Source: Neolecta irregularis DAH-3 (lineage: Eukaryota). Taken from it: 32,314 bases of DNA. Below the pieces are notes generated by a model. That model was not told the DNA's origin and did no database searches. It worked only from the letters and a program-made list of their open reading frames with translations. The translations under genes were made by a program, and so were the position numbers. Shown here one piece after another: positions 1 through 10,856 of the stretch (position 1 is its first letter; each line of letters starts with the position of its first letter). Location of the stretch: NCBI GenBank assembly GCA_001929475.1, contig LXFE01000148.1, forward strand, positions 1 through 32,314. The letters are read 5' to 3'.

Positions 1-60
1 CCTATTATCGCCTGTTATCATCTGCCCTACTTGCCTGCTATCACCCCGCCCACCTTGTCC

Positions 61-203
61 GTTGGTCACAATATGATGAACCCTACATCATATTGTCACA
101 ATATGAAAAATCCTACATCATATTGTCAAAATATGAAAAAACCCATATCATATCATACAATATGTAATATATCATATTTATTGGCATATTGTTGCCAACA
201 CTG
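61..203 (-). mobile_element. hAT-like DNA transposon/MITE end with subterminal repeats
   Basis: Minus strand reads CAGTGTTGGCAACAATATG from 203. About three 30-bp units (67-156) contain ACAATATGA and its reverse complement TCATATTGT. The partner end is not in the window. Confidence 0.55.
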
Positions 204-384
204 TATGATAGATAGGGGTTGACTCATGGAATTTTACATTTTGCATTTTGAAATAAATGTTTGGACCAGTTTGATCAGGCTAAATCGGATGCAAATTGAG
301 CTCTTATCAAGGATCCTTTTCAAAATTATACTAGAAATATATTGAATTATATTTCAAAAGATTGACCACTACTACAATGTCATT

Positions 385-681
385 TTAGAAAAGATTGAAA
401 AACAAAGTAGATTCATCATCATGATAATTGAATGTCTTCATTTTTAAGACAACTTGATTATGATCAGTAGGTGCAGTCAAAGCTTCAATCATAGAGGAAA
501 CCCAGAATCCATTTTCAAAGGATACATCATCGGGTGGTGTAATGCCTTCTAGTTCATTATTGATGAAAATCGGCCCAGTAATTTCAGTATGAGCAATGTC
601 GAAATCGTTCCATGATTCAATTTCACTGTCGAAATCGTTCCATGATTGAGTTTCAGCCGTGATAATGGTGATATCACTCAA
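385..681 (-). other. acidic ORF of unknown status with an internal duplication (ESWNDFD-like unit twice)
   Basis: TGTCGAAATCGTTCCATGATT occurs twice, 30 nt apart (~598 and ~628). No ATG start and no recognisable domain. Confidence 0.25.
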
Positions 682-789
682 CTTTGATTTAAAAGTTGAT
701 GGTCGATTGAGACTCTATTTTCGGAAATAGTTCTCTCGGATATTGTTTGAGTACACATTGATACGGTCTTGAAGTTATCAGGTCTGGTG

Positions 790-1041
790 TAAAATCCCCT
801 TCGGGACTCAAAAATGGTGACCAGCACCCAGAATGCATCTTCAGTGGAATGACTTAGCAAAGAGTAGCTGCGATAAGGTTCACTTTATGGTTTAGAATGG
901 AATTAGAAGGTGTATGTACTTTTTTGGCAAATCCAATTGAGGGGTTGTGTCGACTGAAAGCTTGCAAAAAGTCTTCAGTTTCGGTACACGCGGTCCCTTG
1001 CCTCCGAAAAAGATATTATTAGGCATAGTCTGATTGATATC
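790..1041 (-). pseudogene. TBC/RabGAP domain gene fragment
   Basis: Reads DINQTMPNNIFFGGKGPRVPKLK / LQAFSRHNPSIG / intron-like GTACAT..AAG / NLIAAT / LLSHSTEDAFWVLVTI, matching TBC motifs (DxxRT, YxQGMN, EEDAFW). About three frameshifts are needed. Confidence 0.75.
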
Positions 1042-1048
1042 CTATATT

Positions 1049-1153
1049 CTAAGCCTCCTGTTTGCCGTCTGTCCACCACCGCATCCCCGCCTCGCTCTCG
1101 TCCCAGACAAACACACTGCCCGACCGGATCTCACTGCGCTCCTCGCTCAGCTC
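1049..1153 (-). pseudogene. Gti1/Pac2 (WOPR domain) gene fragment
   Basis: ELSEERSEIRSGSVFVWDESEAGMRWWTDGKQEA* matches the WOPR core IRSGSVFVWDEREAGMRRWTDG, then stops. No intact upstream frame. Confidence 0.8.
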
Positions 1154-1215
1154 CCGCCCCAGAACCTTTGCCCGGGAGGGGCGGGAGCAGGGGAACACTG
1201 TCTCAGGAGTGCAGT

Positions 1216-1484
1216 CTAGGAGAGTGACCGAGCGAACCGGGGTATGTTTTTGTTGAAGCCATGGAGATAGAAGCCGCTGCGGTGGGGGGGATATTCGACG
1301 CAGAGCTGCGGGTCAGAGAAGCAGATGACAGGCATACTTCAGCTACGGCAGTTGCATTCATGGCGCGCAGGATGTTTGCAAAGTTGTCTGATCTTGCTGA
1401 CGGCAGTGAGGGTTGTTGAGATGAATTGGGGTTTTGGGGTGGATAGCGATGATGGGTGGACTCGCGGAATTTTACATGTTGCAT
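1216..1484 (-). CDS. possible small 2-exon hypothetical protein (78 aa)
   Basis: ATG 1484, a typical 32-nt intron 1337-1306 (GTATGC..CTGAC..CAG), stop at 1216. No homology recognised. Confidence 0.3.
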
Positions 1485-1519
1485 TTTCAAAACAAACTGT
1501 ACTAAGCTACCCGCCCATG

Positions 1520-1608
1520 GAAGAGATCTGAACCGTCCGCCCGGATAGTGCTCTGGCGGGCTGTTGGGCAGGTTGGATAAGAGGGATAAAGTGTATCTGT
1601 AGCTTGGT
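1520..1608 (-). repeat. ~85-bp dispersed repeat, copy 1 (inverted relative to 6823-6905)
   Basis: Reverse complement aligns to 6823-6905, including an identical CGGTTCAGATCTCTTC. Confidence 0.75.
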
Positions 1609-1635
1609 TGGCTGTAAAACACGCCCTCAATTTTC

Positions 1636-3158
1636 ATGTTCTCCCCACCTGCCCTCCATGGAATGAAAAATCTAGATCGCTCATTATTCCATAAAACAAT
1701 CAACCTCTCAGCAGCTCGAGTTTCTGGCAACCAAATTCCTCTCTTTCAAAGAAGCTGTCACCAGTATGCCAATCTTCCTACCACCTAACTCAAAGAGACG
1801 TCTTCAAAGTCCCAAGACTCCGTAGCATATTGCAGGACGGAGACGATCGACTCATCTTATTACGACCAGGCGTTTTACCAGATGGTAATTATTCTTTTTC
1901 AAAAAAGATTTTAAATTAGATCTCTCAACGTTATCTACACCCACAAGGCAGTTCATTTCTCAACATTCAATAAAAATTGAACCTTACAAACTTGAACTGG
2001 ACTATTCTTATTGGAAAACTGGCATCTATTATCTTGTACCAAAATTAATTTATAGACGACATCCTATCCAGCATTCTACCCAAACACCTCGATGAAATCC
2101 CAGGAGGATTCACTCTAGTCGGCCATATTGGTAATCCTCCAAACTTTTGTCTAACATTTGAGCCCACTTGAATCTCCGAGATCAGTATCTCCCATATAAA
2201 CACATCATCGGCCAAGTCATCCTCGATAAAAATTATAGTGTAAAAACAGTGGTAAATAAACTCGACATCATAGACTCTCAATTCCGCAACTTTCAAATGC
2301 AAGTACTCGCAGGACCCGCCGAATTCATCGTCAAGCAGGTCCTTATTGACATAAAATGCAAACTAACCAACAGCGAGAAAATAATTGTACCTTTCATTTT
2401 GACTTTTCCAAAGTTTATTGGAATTCACGATTGGAGACGGAACATGCACGGCTGATCAAATTATTTGAAACACACGGCATTGTCTGTGATGTTTTTGCGG
2501 GAGTGGGTCCATTTGCTGTACCTGCTGGAAAGAATGAGACATTTGTTCTTGCAAACGATTTAAATCCATCGAGTTATTTAAGTCTTGTTGAAAACATTCA
2601 TTTTAATAAAGTATTCTTGTTAAACGGCTCGATTGATATCTAGGTCGGCGCATTTGTACGCGGATATAACCTTGATGGAGGAGATTTTATCCGACAGAGT
2701 CCGAAATTAGCTGAGGATCTTGGAAAGACTGCTAGCGTTACCGTGGGCCGGTTAAAAAGGAAACAAGATAGAATTATCGCTGTGCCGCGGTATATCTCGC
2801 ATTATGTCATGAATCTCCCGGCTTCCGCCATAGATTTCCTGGGCAAGTATAAAATTAGTATATATTGACCAATTAGCTCATTTTCGAGGGATCTTTTCCG
2901 AAAGATGTATTCCTGACGATAAACTACCAATGATTCACGTTCATTGTTTTTCAAAAACGATGCCTGCTGATGACGATTTACTCTTGCATATTCGCAGGTC
3001 ACTTGCATTCAACATTCCCAGTGCACAAGTGTCGATTCATAATGTCCGAAGTGTAGCGCCGAATAAAGTATATTTTGCAAATGTCACAGGCTGATTGAAA
3101 GGAAATGTACTGTTGTTCGTTTCGATTACCTAAACAAGTCGCATTTGCAGATACATAG
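1636..3158 (+). CDS. TRM5: tRNA (guanine-37-N1)-methyltransferase, 9 exons
   Basis: Motifs [54 protein letters not shown]. Introns 1764-1795, 1885-1919, 2022-2055 (GC), 2131-2162, 2339-2373, 2611-2643, 2843-2876 (GC), 3068-3101 keep the frame. Confidence 0.95.
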
Positions 3159-3200
3159 ACGGGAAAGATTTTTTAAATGTATTATATCTACGACTCAAGT

Positions 3201-5035
3201 TCATGCTGTAAAATCTTCTTCTTCCTCGCCAGTTGAATATACGCGAACAAGAGGCCTATTTGGATCCTGCGAAAATCAGAATCATGTTCATGAGCAAAAC
3301 ATACCTTGATCAGCACAGATTTCCCTTCCGGCATCTTCATGCACATGTCAACTATAGTTCTAACGATTCCCCATCCATTTGAAATATTCAAGTTCATTTG
3401 AGAAGCGAAATCACGGGGCCTGTAGCCACACACTCCCACTACAGAATGTTTAGTCGCGTCCTTGGGATTCATCCTCGACACAAATCTAATCGTCAGCCTT
3501 GCACATGAAAAATGTAACCCGAGTTTCATTTGATCGGCTCCAGCTAAATAACTCTGCACCGCCCATCGAGCTAATTTAAAATTGTTGTTTTTCATTTCAG
3601 TCGCAACGACAGCACCTCTCTGAGAATCCAATTTTGCACGCCAATCAATTCCACTTGATCCAGCTGCCTTTGAGTCAAATTCATTCAAAGCTTTTATAGT
3701 CAGGAATTGAGTTTCACCAGACGGTGTGAGCAAAACTGCATCGATTTCCGTACGGACAATCATCGAGAGAGGTTCTTCTTCACTTATACTCAAATCAAAC
3801 CGTCGGTATCGGTATCCTTTATTAGCTAATGGGTCCGTCTCTTCTGATTCATTGTAAAACGGATCGGGATGTTGAAATTTATGAACCTGAGTAGATTCAG
3901 AAACAACTTGGACGCCAAAGTTTTGGACTATATAAGTTGCTTCCAACCTCAATGCGCTCGAGGTGTTGATTACTTCTTTGATTGTGTCGTCGTCTTGAGG
4001 GGGATTAGCCGCGTTTTCATTGACGGTTACGTAATCTCATGTTAGTCTAGGGTTGTTCATTGAAGAAAATACCAAACGGTCCGTTTTCTCGTTTGTCAAG
4101 GAATAGTTTGTTTCCTTCCCGATGGACGATGATATCCCATGGTAAAACAGACCTTGGGGCACACATCAAAAGAGAGAGAATATTATCCGTTGCAAAAATC
4201 GTAGCTGTGTCTGATTGTGCTAATTTCTGGATCACTGGATCGTCTGTTGTAGTTGGATTGAACTGTACTCGATCAATGCTTTGAAAGATACGTTCGGTTT
4301 TTGGAGCGATTTTATCGTAACTTTTATCGTAAAAATTAAGAGATCCATAGGTTTCGCTGATGTTAATATAGTATTAAAGATTGGCTTACACATCCTCGCC
4401 CTGGCTTACATCCAAATTGAGTTTACTCAAACGATTAAATTCGATTTCATCGACAAGTTTCCAAGTGGGTTTGATATTGATACTAGCATCGCGAATCTTT
4501 GTGGGTTTATCATAATCTTTCCAACCCATCCGTCTGCCTCGGCCAGCTTGATTATTTTGTTGAGGTCGTCGATTATCCTGAGCCGAAAGTCTTCCTCCAC
4601 CGAGTCGCTGAAGGTTACTTCGTCCACCACGACCAGGTTGACTAGACCCTCTTGTAAGTCGAGACTTGTCTGCAGACTTTCGGGCGATTGGATCTTTTGC
4701 TTTTGATGAAGATTTATTGTCAACGACGCTAAATGATCCTTCTTCTTCTTCACCTTGCTGGAATGCAAAAACAGAATTTAGTCCAGCTCCATAGGCTTGA
4801 TATTGATCTAAAGTTAATTATATCATTTAAAAAATGCACCTCTAATTCCGCGTTGCTGACGTCCGGCGTCTCGACGGTCTTTTTCACCGTCAGCAGTCCA
4901 ATCCGCGATTTTCCCCAGTTTATCGCCTTTACTGTACGGCGCATATGGGACATCTGCTAATGGATCATCTTCAGGGGCAGTAGCCGGAGGACCCCATCCT
5001 AATGTTTTTGGGAATTCTGGAAGCGCAAATGTCAT
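3201..5035 (-). CDS. EIF3D: translation initiation factor eIF3 subunit D (Moe1-like), 6 exons
   Basis: Motifs [51 protein letters not shown]. Introns 4839-4808, 4389-4357, 4072-4036, 3518-3486, 3304-3267. Confidence 0.95.
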
Positions 5036-5124
5036 GGGCACTGGAACTGAGATTTGGAGGTGACTTCGTAGATTGTGGCAAGTCACTCACGTTCACCAAT
5101 CCTAAAGATTTGCAGATTTATAGA

Positions 5125-6161
5125 CTACAGGATTTCTGATGCGATCCACTGCGAAATCTCATTATCTGTTTGAATAAAATTTCCCCGGCCATACTTTTTT
5201 CCCACGAGTCCTGCTTCCATTGCTGAGGCTGAAACATAAAACGTAGCTGGTACGCCTTGAATGTCGACTTTTATGATGTCGCCATGTTTGGAAGAAACCT
5301 CTACCATCTGGAATCAGCAGGGATATGATGAAGTGAATACAACGGTCCCAAAGGAGAATGATTTCTCCAAGTTCTGTGTGAATGCGGGTGTTTGCCCGTA
5401 TAGCCAATTGTCTGTCTACTATCGGTAAGGGGTCCGAAGCGGCGATACCTGAAATTCTTTCTCTATTTGGTGTACATCTCCTGTTCTCGCTTCATCCTCT
5501 GTGACATGGACAATTTGACATTCCCCATAGTGTTGTTGAAATTGCATGCAAACACTTTTGACAAATTCTTCATGTGGAATCTCTAGATTTTGAACACTAC
5601 TCCTGACACTATCGATGCCCATTATGCGCAGACCCTTTCTAGTTGATCTCAAAAGCCTATTCAAGTTTTCTAGATTTGAATGGAGGAGCATTGTTCCATG
5701 GTGATACGCTCGGCCTTTGGAAATTTTGAAAGCCGATCCAGAGACCTTTTTACCATAAAGAACAATATCGTGACGATGGTTGACGGTTGTATCTCTTCCC
5801 ATCATGTTCAAGGCTGAGCTCACCAACTGGGCATTTCCAGAGCGGGTGAATTCGGATGACTGCATGAATACACAATAGTTTGTGTTTCCGAGGTCGTGGT
5901 AGACCGTGCCGCCGCCAGATTTTCTGCGGACAAAAGGAATTGAACGGGACTGCAAAAGAGAAAGGTTTATTTCGTGCCAAGGATTTTGATTACGACCGAT
6001 TACTACGCAGGGATTGTTTCGATAGATGAATAGGGAGGTTTGAAGGGGTGTATGGAAGAGAAAGTCTTCAAAGGCGAGATTGAGATAGGGCGAGAAGAAT
6101 TTGGAAATGTAGATTGTCTTTCGTTAGTTGCGCGGGAGAGAGGCGATGCCCGCGGAAGCAT
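5125..6161 (-). CDS. AIM22: lipoate-protein ligase A / lipoyltransferase, 4 exons
   Basis: Motifs NLAFEDFLF, VVIGRNQNPW, RRKSGGGTVYHDLGN, KVSGSAF, HHGTML, WLYGQTP. Introns 6149-6118 (GC), 5448-5416, 5340-5308. Confidence 0.9.
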
Positions 6162-6822
6162 GCAGGAGGCTTCGCTTGAGAGCAAAAACAAGATGTGCAA
6201 GAGTGGCGAAGGCACTGCGTTTTGTCGGCGGTTCGTTGCAGAAATGAATTCGATTAATAATAACACATTTACAACATCCAACAGGTCATCTATTCCATGA
6301 ACCAGATGCACTAAATGATAGCTCCTATCCCAGACATGAGGGTTTGGGTTACATGCTTGATATAATGAGGTAGCCTACATACCTTCCTACTTCTATTACT
6401 TTATTATGCTATTCTAATGTACTGTGTTGTTGTTCTTGTCTTTGTATTAATTAAAGGCCCTTCCGCGAGGAGAAATAATAGCAACTGGGGAAATTGCCTG
6501 ATAGAAATCAATTTATGTGAGCAATTTTTGTTGTTGAATGGGGGATTGCCGTCAGTCTGAGCCACGCAATGTGATCGGACTCGGTAAATTAGCAATTCCG
6601 GTCGCAGGCGGCGGGTTTTAACCACCTGCCTCGTTCTTTTCTCGACATCTTCAAAAGGCAGACAGAATCCCAGCCTTTCGGACAATAGCGTGTCCAACCG
6701 CCCGCCCGCCGTGGTCGACTGTTCGTGAGAAAGTGCTCCATGGTGATATAAGTTGACCAAATTTTCAAGTTGGGCAGACATTTGTAACCCCTTTTGACTT
6801 GAAACCAAATTTGAAACAATAT

Positions 6823-6905
6823 ACCAAGCTATACACCTGTTCCTTTTAACCAACCCGCACAATTGCCTGCTGGAGCACTCTCAGGCGGGCGGTTCAGATC
6901 TCTTC
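6823..6905 (+). repeat. ~85-bp dispersed repeat, copy 2
   Basis: ACCAAGCT..ATACAC..CCAACCCGCACAATTGCCTGCTGGAGCACTCTCAGGCGGGCGGTTCAGATCTCTTC aligns with the reverse complement of 1520-1608. Confidence 0.75.
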
Positions 6906-8235
6906 AGCGATTGGTTCAGAACTTTTTTTATTATCACCAATCTCACTTACAATTCACTATCCTATCTATTTTGGCACGGGTTCTGCTTCAAACGTCGGTT
7001 CTCTGTCTTCTCGAGAGTATCTTCGTACCGAGAGTATGGGGCGTGCTGACGAGTCACCGTCGGTAAACGGGGCTTAGCTTAGCTTATCGCGCAGATTCTG
7101 GTTGTAGAGTATTGCAGGGGGTTCTGATATATATCAGAAAACGATTCTTAGAGGAGATGAAGCGAAAACGATTCATTGATTCTTTGCGTGGATGGATAGA
7201 GCATTATCCAACGCCGTACAAAGAGGCAGCTACATAACTACTTATAGTTTTACAAGTATGAGCCACGTCATTGTAGTAAACCAAGGAAGCGTATAATAAT
7301 AGAAAACCCCATCAGATAACCGGAAAATACTACGTGGACCGTTTTCCTGCGACAAGCTTTTCCATTTATTTTTACCTAGAGCATGTACTGGAAGGAATTA
7401 TGTTGTGTTCTGCAAGTATATAGTATAGTCTCGCGCCCCTCTTTCTTCCTAACAAAATATCAAAGATCAAAAAGAACATCCTTAAGAAGCCTACCTGCTA
7501 CTACCTACCCATTTAACAACAATCAACACTCACTCTATTCTCATCCTTAAAACGACTTTAATCTTTGGGACGGATTCTGCGCGAAATGCCCTTACACTAG
7601 CAGTTCCTCAAATCACCCCTGTCTCGGATGCACATAATTCCGAAGCTATCCTAGCTATAAGTAGGCAGGCCCAGGCTAAACAGAATTCCTTTGACCTCCT
7701 CTTATCGCACGGAATAATTCAGCTTCCATGCCACAGTTTTCTTTGCTAATGTGGCTTATAGCCTTGTTCATTGCTTCTTCGTCGGGTATGGTACTCTTTT
7801 ACACTGTCTGAATTTGTAGTTGAAGGCGCAATCATAGAACGTGGCGCCTTTCACTTAAAAGACTTACCATCTCCTTGTGAACCAATGGATCCCAACCCCC
7901 GCTGCCACACTTAAGACTTTCCTTATGGGAACTTTGAGTACCTTGCTTCTTTTATGTTAAACCGTGTCTTCCAATATATATTCCAGAAGTGAGGGAATTG
8001 CCTTTGCTAGGACTGTATATCTTATTTGAGTAAAGAATATGTGTTGTGTATATGCTGCATGAAATTCTCATTGGTTTTACCACTGGGGCATTCCAAACGA
8101 GTGGATGGATCGTCAACAGGCAGCTATAAGTTGGTTACTTAATCACGTGGATAAATCCAGCCATGACCAGTTGACATTTTATTCCCATGACTCACTTCAC
8201 TCGCGTGCTACCACTTGATCTGCGCGCATTCGAAT

Positions 8236-9521
8236 ATGAGGGTACTAGGCACAGCGATTAGGCGATTTTTGCGGCGGTGGCAGTACCGCGAACAGCGGCC
8301 GGCAGCAGGCGACCGGGTATTTGTCGCGGTTTCTGGAGGTGTAGACTCTGGTGTTGCGGCCGCACTTGTAAAGCAGCAGGCATGGAAATTCGGCCTCTAC
8401 CCAGCTAAAAGAAGGGTTTCCAGGTGGAGGGTATATTTATGCGGTCGTGGGATGCAGAAGGGTGCAGCTCGAGTGCGGATCTTGATGCTGCTCGCGATGT
8501 TTGCCGGTCGCTGGATATTGTTCTGCACACTGTTGATCTGAGTAAAGAATACTGGCTGCGGGTGTTTGAGCCGCTGCTGGCGGAATATGTGCAAGGTCGA
8601 ACGCCGAATCCCGATATTGAGTGCAATTCTCTGATCAAGTTTGACTGCCTGTGTGCACATATAGACCATAAAGTGAAATTGAGTGGAGCAAACTGGTGGT
8701 TGGCGACTGGTGACATTCCCGGGCGACGCCGCTGATGCAATAGGCCACTATGCGCGCACTGCCCGCCTGCGCCGTTCGAGTTTGTTGCTGCGACCTGCGG
8801 ATGCAAACAAAGATCAAACATTTTTCCTTGCGCGCATCCCGCAGCACGCTCTCCAGCGGGTATTCCTCATCACGTGCGCCGCTGACGTCAGTCCCTCTTC
8901 CCGCTTGCACACTTAACCAAACACCACGTCCGCAGACTTGCGCGCCTGTTAAATCTTCCAAATGCAGATCGCAAAGACTCACAAGGCCTCTGCTTCGTCT
9001 CGCCTGCCCATTCTCGCTTCGCCAATTTCCTGCACGAATATATCCCAAACAACCCTGGCGATATCATCACCACCGACGGCCAAAAGATCGGCACCCACAA
9101 TGGCATCTGGCATGGCACCATAGGCGAAAAGAGCCACTGCTACGTCACGAATCATAGGTGGTTTATTGTTGCAAAGGATCCCGTCAACAATACAATCATC
9201 GTCGGGAAGGGCTGGGACAACCCATTGCTTTTAGCACGCAGAATATTCGCTGCACACTGGAAGTTTGTTGATGAAATCCCTCGGCCTCCTGGTACTCGTA
9301 TCCCCAACTTGCATGTCCAAATCAGACACCGCGAACACGCAGGTATGCAATTTTGTTTATCAAGTTGAACAATAGGATATGCAAATGTCCTCATTCTACA
9401 GGATGGCAAAGCCGTTGTAGAGTTGGAATCTCGGATTCGTGCTGCAGCTCCCGGACAGACTGTTGTTGTCTGGGACGATGATATGTGTATCGCAAGTGGA
9501 ATCATTGAATCTGCATATTAG
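8236..9521 (+). CDS. SLM3: mitochondrial tRNA 2-thiouridylase (MnmA family), 5 exons
   Basis: Motifs SGGVDS, GRTPNPDIECNSLIKF, ATGHYAR, KDQTFFL, KDSQGLCFV, APGQ. Arg-rich N-terminus. Introns 8380-8414 (GC), 8710-8743, 8860-8891, 9343-9375. Confidence 0.93.
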
Positions 9522-10066
9522 ACTGGACATTGGTTCAATGACCTCTTAATCTATGTACTATTCCCACAAATGTCATGTATATTTTGTGTAGTGTAATTGT
9601 AAGTGTAATATGTAATATGTAATTGTAATTTTAATCTGTACAGCTATCATTATGGACAACTGTATATCTGTATTATAATCTATATCCTTGTATCTCGGTT
9701 AGCTGAACAATAAACCTTTGACACAGAATATTCTGTTCTCCCAAGCATTTATCTACCCATTTTTATCTTTGCTATCCTGAGTGGCAATTGATACAAAATG
9801 AGTCCTCAGTTTAATTTAAATTCTGTCGACAGATGTGCTGTTGATTTTACCTCACGCTATCTGGGTCCCAAGTTACTCTTTTCAATAGATTCTCGAAATT
9901 CTGGTTCATCCCATCACATATTTATCTAATTTGTTTAGTGCAGAACTTGATACTAGCTATCGTATCAAAATTTCCTGACTGTTTCTATTTTTTCTGTCTA
10001 TTCCTATAATTTCCGTTCATTCCATCTTTTCTCTCAACCCCAAGCGAATTCGATGATAGAAACTTG

Positions 10067-10630
10067 CTATTCAATATTAACAATTTTATGCACAAATTCC
10101 TGCTCTAATTTCCTGATTTGACCCCTGAAGTTCATCAGTACTTTCACTCAAAAATGATTTGCCCATACTTGAAATCCTCTACTTCCTTCCAACATTCCAA
10201 CGGCCTGTGTTCATGTAATTTTAGACAACCCACTAGATTCTCCCGAACTTGGTTAACACCATCTAATTCCCTTAATTTTGGACGTTTTTCCAGTTTCTTT
10301 TTTAAATTTGCGATATCGTTAGATAGAATAGTGCTATTTAGACCGGAATCATTTTCTATATTTATTTTTGATAATTCAGATGCTTGACGTTCAAAAGCTT
10401 CGGATTCAAGAAGTTCAAGTCTCTTCAGCTCGGCATGGACTCGAGATTGAATATGTGATTCAAGTGTTATACCTCTGCTTATATCGGCCTTCCTTTTAGA
10501 TACGACGTGAAAAAGAAAATACTTTTTTCGAGTCGAGATGTTCGACTAGTACCGAGGAGAGCCCTATAGGATAGGATCGCGGGTTTTGGACTACATAAGG
10601 CTGCGAAGAGGCCGACTGACTATTTCCCAT
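10067..10630 (-). CDS. MIC19: MICOS subunit Mic19 (DUF1690), 3 exons; missed by the ORF track
   Basis: MGNSQS N-myristoylation motif, TLESHIQSRVHAELKRL, and C-terminal RENLVGCLKLHEHRPLECWKEVEDFK. Introns 10522-10489 and 10168-10125. Confidence 0.85.
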
Positions 10631-10856
10631 CTTGCGAGGTGGAGTGAGTGTTCGTGTTGGGCTTGACCAACCCCAATCTCATTAGTAACACAAAGACCAA
10701 GAAGATGATCTTGAAGGTTCTATCTAATCCACTTGTGAAGATCATTGGAATCCATGAGGCTTAATAAGGATACAACCATAAAAAAGCATTCTATGCTTTG
10801 TCCTAACCAAAACCTTTGGCTAGACCTTAAAAAAACCCCAACACCTTTCAACATAT

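Noticed and set aside
67-156. CRISPR-like repeat array
   Set aside because: Eukaryotic context, tandem units without unique spacers, and no cas genes.
6790-6819. FQIWFQVKR resembling homeodomain helix 3
   Set aside because: It lacks the invariant Asn, an in-frame stop lies just upstream, and no other helices are present.
6863-6930. tRNA gene suggested by GGTTCAGATC and a T-run
   Set aside because: No cloverleaf can be built. Kept only as an unexplained repeat.
1636-10630. Functional cluster of tRNA-modification and mitochondrial genes (TRM5, AIM22, SLM3, MIC19)
   Set aside because: These are housekeeping genes with no shared pathway or visible common motif. Chance adjacency is sufficient.
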